DNA from: Macrostomum lignano
Lineage: Eukaryota
NCBI GenBank assembly: GCA_002269645.1
Contig: NIVC01000158.1
Coordinates: 124,001 to 188,000, forward strand
Reading direction: 5' to 3'
DNA: 64,000 bases
The notes under the pieces were generated by a model, which was given only the letters and a program-made list of their open reading frames with translations, did no database searches and was not told the origin of the DNA. This document shows positions 1 through 12,541 of the stretch, in pieces (the stretch's first letter is position 1; the number at the start of each line of letters is the position of its first letter). Both the position numbers and the translations under genes were made by a program.

Positions 1-56
1 TGAAATTTGTACTATTAAATTCCAATTCGCAGTAATAAACAAATAGGTGAACTTAC

Positions 57-105
57 CAATATTTGGATGGTCCAACGTCTTCATTATTTTTACCTCGCGA
101 AACAC
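57..105 (-). CDS. par-1: MARK/Par-1 kinase exon 3 (VFREVKIMKTLDHPNI); gene continues off the left edge
   Basis: 49-nt exon between a TTTTACAG acceptor (106) and a GTAAGT donor (56). Matches MARK LFREVRIMKxLNHPNI. Not present in the ORF track. Confidence 0.9.
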
Positions 106-636
106 CTGTAAAAGACGGTGCGAGGATGGATTTCTATTTCTCAATAAAAATTTACCGCAATACACTACACATTAACGATGGAGAAGAAGTCGCGACTTGA
201 AATAACCCATCCCCAAAAAAGAAAATGATAAAAAGTACAAATAGAAAAAGATCGTCGCCTAAATTTGTATTGCGGACGGGTAGCTAAGAGTAGCTCACAC
301 ACTGACTGCAGATTCAGAGCGGAGACGCGTGACTCACTCTATAAGTCAAAGTGAAAACTGACTGGGTCGGAGTAAAGAGAGAGAGAGAGCGAGAAAGTTT
401 CTCCGTCTGAACAGACCAGTTTGCGGCGGGAATTCTCTGGCACAATTGTGGGACTAATACATTGAATATCATGTGTACATGCGCGCGCAGGTGTTGCGGT
501 AGCTGGCTAGCTAGCAACTATGGATACCTGGCTGGGGCTGGGGGGACGGATAGGTGAATTGTGAAGTGTTGCAACCTATTTGCTTGTGTGGAATTTGGAT
601 CTGTCGGCCTATATATATATATGATAATTATTTAGT

Positions 637-1049
637 CTCTGTCTGTCTGCCTGTCTGTCGGTCTGTCTGTCTGTCTTAGTGTCTGTCTGTCCGTACTAGT
701 GTCTGTCTGTCTATCTGTCTGTCTGTCTGCCTGTATGTCTGCTCATGTCTGTCTTAGTGTCTGTCTGACTGTCTGTCTGTCCGTACTAGTGTCTGTCTGT
801 CTGCCTGCCTGTCTGTCGGTCTGTCTGTCTGTCTTAGTGTCTGTCTGTCCGTACTAGTGTCTGTCTGTCTATCTGTCTGTCTGTCTGCCTGTATGTCTGC
901 TCATGTCTGTCTTAGTGTCTGTCTGACTGTCTGTCTGTCCGTACTAGTGTCTGTCTGTCTATCTGTCTGTCTGTCTGTCTGTCTGTCTTAGTGTCTGTCT
1001 TAGTGTCTGTCTGACTGTCTGTCTGTCCGTACTAGTGTCTGTCTGTCTA

Positions 1050-1092
<43 letters not shown>

Positions 1093-1140
1093 TAGTGTCT
1101 GTCTTAGTGTCTGTCTTAGTGTCTGTCTGTCTGTCTGTCT
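637..1140. repeat. Composite (TCTG)n microsatellite with TTAGTG/ACTAGT interruptions
   Basis: Directly visible. It is the reverse complement of the CAGA/CACTAAG arrays at 34152 and 44500. Confidence 0.95.
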
Positions 1141-2457
1141 CCGCAACATAAAGAACACGGAACCAAAGCAGACCAGACGAAGTCCAGCCCCCTGTTACAA
1201 CCATGTTCAGGGCAAACACTTTGCTCAGGGAAGCAAAATGAAAGCTGCAGAGAGAGAGAAACGTAATCGCCCTCGCTTTTGACTAATTCTCTTTCCCGCG
1301 CAGCCAAGCAAATTCTCTGTGAATTTCTCACCCCAGACTGATCGCGCCTGCTCAATCAGATCCTCAGTCGCATAGGTTGAATAGTGAAAATAGGCAAACT
1401 CGCAGAGCTTACTGTACTGTAAATTCTGGCGGAGAGAGCAGGACAGGCATATGAAGGAAAGGAGTGCTAAGCCAAGAGTAGCAACACGGCGTTGCGGAGT
1501 AGGCTGTTCCATTTAGTCGGGACTTTCACTGGAGAAGATATTTTAATTAGCCGCAGTTCAACAGTGCAAAACTGTCTCATTATGCTCAACAAATACTTAT
1601 ACAAACGCTAACAATTGAATCTGAGAAAATTCTTTATTTTTCGTCATTCTAATTGAAATAGTACGCAAGTTAGCGCTTAACAGCCCGCATACTGCTTGTA
1701 CACCTTGGCAGTTTACGGTAAGACAGGCATGGAGAGACAGACAGGGAGAGGTGCATATAAAAATGCGTTGAAAAATAGGCAGTAAAAGGTCAGATAAGCG
1801 AGGCTAAACCACTCCGTTCCTTATCTTGGTAATTTCGTCAAGTCAAGGCCGAGGCAGCTGCAGTATAAAGTAGTCATTTCTGACGGGCATTGTACAAATT
1901 CTTTGCCCAGCCTGTACACAGAGACAATATCAAACAGAACTTGCTTGCTTCGAGCATTTAGTTTGAATTGTTTCCAACAGAAATTTGATCGGCTTTAGAT
2001 AGCATATAGTGTGAGTGAATTTGCTACTCAATGCCTTGAGTCAGTGGTTGCTGAGTGACCGGAGAATCTTCCCCATTCGCCTCTCTTTATAGGCCCCTTA
2101 TCCCGGAGATCTGGGAGGAGATCACGAAAAAAGTGGAGCCTACACAGTAAACCAGCTGGTTAAAGCTTTAAAGACTTCTAAAACATAGCAACCTGGACTG
2201 GAAACGATTAATTTAAATACGTTCGTCAAAAGTGCAGATTAAAGCATATGGGTCAGCTGGGGTCATTTCGGGTTTTTTTAAATTTGCAAAATCTGCTTCA
2301 TTTTACAGAGCTGGGTGTTTTCAAGCGTCAGAATTTCAGCACTTTTTGGCACTCAGGGTTTAAATTCAGGATGCAAAATTGAAAACCAGGATGCCAGCTG
2401 GCAGCAGTCCAAAAAGTTCAAATTAAAATATAAATACCTAATATCTCTAACCCTACC

Positions 2458-3905
2458 ATTTACAGAATCTAGCTCTGACCTCACAGACCCACCATGTTTA
2501 CAGAATCTAGCTCTGACCTCACAGACTCCACCATGTTTACAGAATCTAGCTCTGACCTCAGACTCCACCATGTTTACAGAGTCTAGCCTTGACCTCACAG
2601 ACTCCACCATGTTTACAGAATCTAGCTCTGACCTCACAGACTCCACCATGTTTACAGAATCTAGCTCTGACCTCACAGACTCCACCATGTTTACAGAATC
2701 TAGCTCTGACCTCACAGACTCCACCATGTTTACAGAATCTAGCTCTGACTTCACAGACTCCACCATGTTTACAGAATCTAGCTCTGACCTCACAGACTCC
2801 ACCATGTTTACAGAATCTAGCTCTGACCTCAGACTCCACCATGTTTACAGAGTCTAGCCTTGACCTCACAGACTCCACCATGTTTACAGAATCTAGCTCT
2901 GACCTCACAGACTCCACCATGTTTACAGAATCTAGCTCTGACCTCACAGACTCCACCATGTTTACAGAATCTAGCTCTGACTTCACAGACTCCACCATGT
3001 TTACAGAATCTAGCTCTGACTTCACAGACTCCACCATGTTTACAGAATCTAGCTCTGACCTCACAGACTCCACCATGTTTACAGAATCTAGCTCTGACCT
3101 CACAGACTCCACCATGTTTACAGAATCTAGCTCTGACTTCACAGACTCCACCATGTTTACAGAATCTAGCTCTGACCTCACAGACTCCACCATGTTTACA
3201 GAATCTAGCTCTGACCTCAGACTCCACCATGTTTACAGAGTCTAGCCTTGACCTCACAGACTCCACCATGTTTACAGAATCTAGCTCTGACCTCACAGAC
3301 TCCACCATGTTTACAGAATCTAGCTCTGACCTCACAGACTCCACCATGTTTACAGAATCTAGCTCTGACCTCACAGACTCCACCATGTTTACAGAATCTA
3401 GCTCTGACCTCACAGACTCCACCATGTTTACAGAATCTAGCTCTGACTTCACAGACTCCACCATGTTTACAGAATCTAGCTCTGACCTCAGACTCCACCA
3501 TGTTTACAGAATCTAGCTCTGACCTCACAGACTCCACCATGTTTACAGAATCTAGCTCTGACCTCACAGACTCCACCATGTTTACAGAATCTAGCTCTGA
3601 CCTCACAGACTCCACCATGTTTACAGAATCTAGCTCTGACCTCACAGACTCCACCATGTTTACAGAATCTAGCTCTGACCTCACAGACTCCACCATGTTT
3701 ACAGAATCTAGCTCTGACTTCACAGACTCCACCATGTTTACAGAATCTAGCTCTGACCTCACAGACTCCACCATGTTTACAGAATCTAGCTCTGACCTCA
3801 CAGACTCCACCATGTTTACAGAATCTAGCTCTGACCTCACAGACTCCACCATGTTTACAGAATATAGCTCTGACTTCACAGACTCCACCATGTTTACAGA
3901 ATACA
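2458..3905. repeat. 39-bp minisatellite (TTTACAGAATCTAGCTCTGACCTCACAGACTCCACCATG), about 37 units
   Basis: Tandem units with 37-bp deletion variants spaced 271, 388 and 271 bp apart. Confidence 0.97.
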
Positions 3906-4227
3906 ACAACTTGGCAATTCATAGAGTCTTGAAGTTTCAAGAATTGCAATAATTATAAACTTCAGTTCCGAGTATTTTAACTATTGGTTATATTTCACGT
4001 GGTAAAACTTTTGTTATAATGTCTCTTAATTTCCGGGTTTACCCTTTATGTTTGCCTGTCGCTGGTCATTTAATATAGGCGCAATAAAACTAATAAAATT
4101 GAGTTCTTTAGAATTGGATTGAACAAAAAATATCAAAAGTGAAATTTGTCCGAGATTAGCCTGTGCTGCGGGAGACCAAACTTTGTCAACATGTGAAGAT
4201 GCAAGCAAAGATGTTGTGCCCGTATAT

Positions 4228-4425
4228 CAGATGCGGCGCATCTGAAGGCTGCGTACGGCTGTTCAGTCCAAGGACTGGGGGGTCGCCATACAATCAATTA
4301 CCCCAGCTAATGCTGGCACCCATTTTCCAGCTGAGTGAACTGAAGCAATGCAGAGTTAAGTAGTGCCTTGCTTAAGGACACACATTGTTCCGAGTGAGCC
4401 GAGAATCGAACCCCCGACCTTCGAG
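4228..4425 (-). mobile_element. tRNA-derived CORE-SINE, truncated copy
   Basis: Homologous to 61450-61747. B box GGTTCGATTCTC (minus strand, about 4402-4413) and the CORE segment are retained, while the A box is lost. Confidence 0.8.
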
Positions 4426-4651
4426 AAGGCTAGAACCTCCTTTTTTGTTTTAGCGTGAAAACCTTATCTAAATGCAAACTGGATCCTTATTAATTGAAAC
4501 TTAACGTATTTTTACACCTATTAGTTAGGTGAGACTATAATAAACTATTTCTTATAAACGCTTAAAAGGAAAGAACCCACTTCATCCAACCCACCCACCG
4601 TCTAGAAACAGTATGTTAACAGTACAGTGAATATTAAATACTTCAACACCC

Positions 4652-4654
<3 letters not shown>

Positions 4655-4735
<81 letters not shown>
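4655..4735. repeat. (CT)n microsatellite, about 40 units
   Basis: Pure dinucleotide run. Confidence 0.98.
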
Positions 4736-4738
<3 letters not shown>

Positions 4739-5351
4739 ATTTTTCTGTCTTACAAGGCTGGCAAGAATCCGCTGCGGCAAAATGAGTGCACCGCACAGTA
4801 CAGAGTTGCAACCTCCGGCCCAAGCCACCCACAACTGCCTTCCTTTCCTGCCTTCCATCCAATCCTAGCAGTGGCGTAAGAGACTTTTTCTCTCGATTTA
4901 TTACGAGGCCGAGCCCCAACCCGCAGTGCCCCCGCGCGTACGACTAAACTTAAAACTAAGCCAAGTCGGTTTTTCCTTCCAGTATAATAATAAGCAATTC
5001 AATTGGAATTAAGAAGAAGAAACTGCGCTAAGGGTGCGCCTAGAAACGCAGAGAGTCACAGAGAGACAGAGAGAGGGCGGAGGGGGGAGAAGAGCCAAAG
5101 GAAAGAATCAAAGTGTGGCGCGCACACACAGCAACAGCAATGAAGAGGCGAACTTGTAGAGCTGAGAAAGACATACCAACGGGTATGAAATGCTTTTTAA
5201 CTCCTAAGACTAATATAAGTTCTACATTAGAAACATTTTCGCTTTTCACCTTGAAATAGCTAGGCACTTTCGTAAGGATGAAATAGGCTTACTAATTGCT
5301 TCTAGCAGCAAGTGTCCATCAGAAGTCTAAGTCTATCAATCAAACAGATTA

Positions 5352-7190
<1,839 letters not shown>

Positions 7191-7310
7191 TTGACTTGGA
7201 TGGCATTTAAGTCAGGTTAGTTCATGGATGAGGTGAAAAGCTGCAGTGAACTGTGTCTTTATGAATAACTAATACATAAGGTGATCAAAATGTGAACTCG
7301 TTTAACTCAC

Positions 7311-7361
7311 TGTAGGGAAGCCTTCCTGTACAGTCGTCAACATTTTTGTACCAGATGACAT
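7311..7361 (-). CDS. par-1: MARK/Par-1 kinase, first coding exon (MSSGTKMLTTVQEGFPT)
   Basis: ATG at 7361-7359, 17 codons, then a GTGAGT donor (7310-7305), phase 0. Resembles the short first exon of vertebrate MARKs (MSSARTPLPTLNERDTEQ type) and joins the next exon in frame. Confidence 0.7.
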
Positions 7362-10300
7362 TGCAATAGAATTTGCTTTAGAATAGAATGTCCACCCAAT
7401 TTTTTAATGGTGGACTGGTGGGCTACCCAGGAAGCAACATCATCAAATGTTAAATAAACATTTTGTACTTGAATATCAGTTGAATAATATCAACCAGTTT
7501 GCCTATGCTTAAGATCTATATTTTATAGCTAAGCCTCATTGTCATTCTTTCAAGCTCATAGTGTATTGCTAAAGGGTATAGAAATATTGTTATATATTCC
7601 TACTATATTCTGAAAATGATTATTCATTAAAAACTGTTAACTTCTAGTTTTAGCTTTTTAAACTATTTTTACTCGTTAAATAACCACAAATAAAGAATAG
7701 TGCATTCAAAACCTTTGAAAAAATTGACAAAACATATTAGAAACCTAAAAAGGCTTTAGCTAGTTGCAAACAGCAAGGATTTTCTAATATATTTTTAACT
7801 TTTTTATTTTTACCTAGCCATGCATCTAGCTAAGAAAAACATAGCTAAGAAATAAGTTTAGACTATCCACTCCTTCTTTTTTTCTTTTTCTATTGCCTAT
7901 ATTATAATTTATTAAAAAAACATTTATTAGATTTGCATTAATCAAAAGTTAAAACTCTTGGCTATAAGCATATAAAATACTTCAACTGATTATATTTTTA
8001 TGTAACTTATGCCAGAGACCAATTTATATGCTTAATTAGATAAATATAAAAATGTTTTTTTAATTATTTAAAACAATTTTAGGGCTTATATAAAACCAAT
8101 TTAATTTTTATATATTTTTAAAGAATTAGAGCAATACAATGCTAAAATCTTTTAAAAAAGTATATAACAATAACAAGTTCATAATAAAATTATAATGGGT
8201 CACCCCATAGAGGGATAAAAGGGTAACTATCCTTTAAGGGCTAGGATGGTTACCTGGGTACAACAGCCCTTTCTGCTTCTAGCCTATATGTGCAGGGGCC
8301 CCTCTTGATTCTTTTACAAAATTGATAATCATATAACTCATTTTGAATGCATGCCAAATCTAGGAAAAAACATTTGTTATAATACACATTTTTCATAATA
8401 TTTTATGTGAACTAATTTTTGTTTAAACTAGCAGTAAATGTTAGTATAAATAGAAGCATTTTTGGTGGAGGAGAGACCAACCTTGCGCATTGCGGTTCCT
8501 TAAGAAAGAAAGCCAGTATCAAAAAGTAAGAGTTCTGAGTAAATGTTATTGAAGATTGTTTTCTGAGTTATTTATTTGCAGAAGTGAAGTAGCAGAGAAC
8601 ACATACAGTATATACTACTGAGAAGTGCAAGTAGTAAGAGAATACAAAGTAGATCCTAAATCAGTACATGTAAGAATAAATGGAGGCTGTGACCCTCTGA
8701 TCTCAATAACACCTAGGATTGGGAATACATGAAGTGCATATACCAATAGACCAATATACTGCTCAGGCCAAATTATTAGTAGAACGCTACCAGAAAATAG
8801 TAAACACTACTAGAATAACAGGAGAACAATACTAGTAGAGCTAAATAGTATTCTAAGAATAGTCCTCAAATATATACTCAGACAACTACTCAGATATATA
8901 CTCAGACTAATTCCAAGAAACATTTCTCAGACTTATTCTAAGATTAATAAACTCATAATTTATTAATAGAATAGTCTTGGTGGCAGCTACCAACATTAAG
9001 ACATTTAATATAGAAAGAAGTATAACCCCTAGTACAACTTGGTGGTATTGTGGAATTATTTATAAAGATAGAAGGTTAGCCTTTTGACAACATTGGTGGC
9101 AGCTTTAGGATATTCAATAATAGGAATTAGAAAAGTAGCCCTACAAAATATACTACTATTGCCTCTATAGCTTTCTCTTTTTAACTATAGACAAGCTTTT
9201 GCATTTTTTTGTACACATAGTATATTTTTAACATTTTTATTAAAACTCAAAAGTGAATTCTCTGAGTCCCAAATAAAAGGGACCTAATCTTATATTTAAA
9301 GCTGAGTGGATTGTTTGATCAACTGGCCGGGTTTAATGCATATTCTCCTCCTAAATGGCTGCTAACTCAAATCTGGGACTTATATATATCAATGCAGAAT
9401 TTTCCTACGCAACAAATAGGCTATTTTAATGTTGAAATTTTCAAAATTAAGTCTGTTAAAAAAGAAGAAAACTGTTTTCTTAACCTTCTTTGGCCACTTT
9501 TTTTCTGCTCTGAACTGAAAATTTGCATCAATTTTAAGTAATTGTGCCACCATTTTTTCTTATCTTGGCAGTGCATTTTCTTTCCAGTGGGGGATAGGGG
9601 CATTCTAGGTGGCTGCATATGTACACTTGGACCTTTGCTAACTGGCAGACAGTGAAATTCAATGCATAAACTTGCAGCCTCTCACTGTAGCAGGCACTAA
9701 ATGTACATTAAAAAATCCAATGCTTTAAACTGGGAAATTTCAAACACAAACTGCTACTTGAGTTTTAAACTTTGAGAGAAGAGACTTATATTGCTAGAAA
9801 GTTCTTTCAATGCTGATATAAGTTGTTTGCTTTAAGTATGAAAACTAAAAGCACAACATTCAAAAAACAATTTCCATACTTTTAACTTTCTGCTAAGATT
9901 ATACTCATTTTTGCAAGATGCAATACGTAAATTTGGGGGCTTCAACTTCTAACTGCCATTGTATATTGGAGGGTTGATTTAGATTGTGCAATCATTTTGT
10001 TAACTTTAACTGAGACTGATACTGACTGACTGAAAAATCGATTTCACAATTAATTGGTTCAATTGGTTAAATTTTTATTATTGGTGCCTTTCAAACAGGC
10101 AGCACTATGTAGCTCTAACCCTAATCCTAACAGTACTGAATCCTTTTCTTTGCATATATTTAAGCCAGACAATTAGAAAGCATTTTTAATACATTTTAAT
10201 ACTTATATATGCATGCTACTTATCATTACAAATTGATATACATCATTACTATAATACAAATACTAATATATCTCAGTTGAGAAGGGGGTAGGCCTAATCT

Positions 10301-11070
10301 TTTTTTACTTATTGAAAAATCTTTGTCTAGATCTTAGTCATTTTATTAATAGGGTCTAAATAATATTGCAAGGTCCAAATCATGGACTTTTTATAACTGC
10401 CTCCCATAGGAACCTTTAGTATTAATGGCAAACATTCTATTATAATTAATATTAGCAAGCATTAACAAAAGTGATCAATAAATCTATATTACTTGGCAAT
10501 TATAGGCATTACAAATCAAGCATAAAAGAGAGAGATTTTATTTTATACTATTGACATTGGCAAAGTTATAAAAACTATACAATATAGGCCTTAGTAGGCC
10601 TAAGATTAATGTTCTTATAATGGCTTTTGAATGATAGCAAACCCAAGCTTATAATGAGCTAGTTAATTAGCATAATTGAAAGACAAAGAGAAACAATGTG
10701 GCATTTATTTGCTTGCCTATCATTTTTAGACCTACTAGAGCCACTAAGAAGAAAGCATAGGCCCTATTCCCAAAAATGTTTTCTGAACAATGAGTGACAC
10801 AGTCGTGCACACTGTGTACACTTAGCTTGACGTTCAATTACCTAAGCTAGCTACCGCCCCTGATTCTGCCTTTTGACCACTGGACAAGAATTGTGTACAT
10901 TTGGTTTAACTTTCAATCTCAATCTATAATTCTCTCTCCTACCTACTATACCTATGTATGTTGTTAAAGCCAAGTTGTAATCAATTGTTTTCAATCTTAC
11001 CCTCCTTACCTGTGTACGTTGCAAAAACCAATATTTAATCAATCGCTTTCAATCTCAATTTCACAAATCG

Positions 11071-11128
11071 TTCTAATAAAATCCTGACGATGCACCATGG
11101 CGTGCGAAACGCGTTGAAGTTGTTAGAA
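11071..11128 (+). ncRNA. Minimal type I hammerhead ribozyme (Penelope-like pLTR type)
   Basis: CUGACGA 11084-11090; stem II GCAC/GUGC (11092-11095/11102-11105); GAAA 11106-11109; palindromic minimal stem III AACGCGUU; GUU triplet 11113-11115; stem I TTCTAATAA..TC pairing with GA..TTGTTAGAA. Confidence 0.7.
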
Positions 11129-12104
11129 ATTAAAATCATATTCAAATGTTGATATTAAGCTTTCTAATATGTAGATTGCATAGTATCTACAAAAAGGGCT
11201 AATCTCAGTAAAGAGTCTAATAGCCTAATAATAGGTCCAAGCCTAACAGTTTGAATATATAAAATAACATAAAAAAAGAAAAGAAAGAAATAAATATATA
11301 GGTCTATCCTATCTAACTAGGCATAATTATATTATATAACATAGTATAATAGGGCCTAGTCGTATGGAAACAATTTTGAGCGAATTTTTTTTAATTTTGC
11401 TTAAATCAAGCTTCAAATATACAAGAAGCACATACATAGGGCAGGCCCTAAATGGGTCTCCGTCTCCCGAAATATTTCTTCACATATGAAAGAGGGCCTA
11501 TAAAGTGGGTTTCCGGAAATATTAGGCCCTAATTCAGACACGAAAACGGAAAAGAAGATTCCAACTTTACAAGCGATTGGATTAAATGTATGCCCAAATA
11601 TCTGTCTGGAAACCAACGCATGCTTTGCATAGTCCTATTAGTAAAAAAGTATATAAATGTAAATATACTGACCAGCCGAGCCAAGCCAAGCGATTGTAGA
11701 CAGGATGACTACTAGTGCCCTGTGTTTTTTATATATTTTTACTTTTATTCACTATAGAAGCAAAAAACCGACTTTATTTTAAATAACTACGTCTTTAATT
11801 GCAATTTTTTTCTTAAAATTGAACTTGTTGTTTTATTCACTTCAAGTTTTAAAATATTTAACAATTGTATTTTTCTTGGAACTTGCTTTCATAAAAAATA
11901 GTACGCAATATAGACCCCTAAAAAATCAGGTTTCAGAGTCTGCAATTTTATTTAACGCAAAGTAAAGTAAGTATTCTATTGCCTTATAATTTATTAGTGA
12001 GCAGGTATTCTAACATAAAATATATTTAATATTTCTATTTGGCATTTTAACTATACTTTGATTGATACCGAATATAGTTGTTAGGCCTACTTATGACTGT
12101 CTTA

Positions 12105-12541
12105 GGTTCCTAGTCATTTCGTCATCTGCCATTTCGTCATCTGGGTGTCTGGGGTGCTCACCTCGACTATGGTCACTTAGTCATCTTAATTAACATGCAC
12201 TACATGAAGAGAGTCATTTCGTCATCCACCAATCATAGTAAATTATTGTGGCAATTAAATATATTTACCTGGAATCCTAATGATCCCAGTCATTTTGTCA
12301 TCTCGATTAATAAAACCTGTCGATCGATCGGTTCTGCTTGCCGCAGCTTTTAGTTATCTAACCAAAAATAGTGTTAGTTTACACTAACTCAAATCACGCA
12401 CAGATTGATTGGTTGATGACGAAGTATCCAGTATAACTAAATATTTGATCACTTCGTCATATTATTTTTCAAGCTACTTTGCTTCTGGTCACTTTGTCAT
12501 CCGATATGACGAAATGGAATATGACGATCTGACCAGTGACC
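12105..12541. mobile_element. Non-autonomous DNA transposon (MITE, MULE/Merlin-like), 437 bp
   Basis: Perfect 8-bp direct repeat CTGTCTTA at 12097-12104 and 12542-12549. Imperfect ~40-bp TIRs starting with GG (GGTTCCTAGTCATTTCGTCATCTGCCATTTCGTCAT vs reverse complement GGTCACTGGTCAGATCGTCATATTCCATTTCGTCAT). Internal TTCGTCAT repeats in both orientations. Confidence 0.8.

Noticed and set aside
1225-1512. This ORF as a further MARK exon
   Set aside because: It has no kinase motifs and an incompatible phase. The true exon 3 is at 57-105.
2315-3952. Repeat-spanning ORFs (TDSTMFTESSSDL, VRARFCKHGGVCE) and similar ORFs at 5797-6269, 24082-24585, 32074-33526, 39211-40010, 44500-46551, 50183-52937 and 58653-59658
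   Set aside because: All are translations of intronic or intergenic tandem repeats with no domain content.
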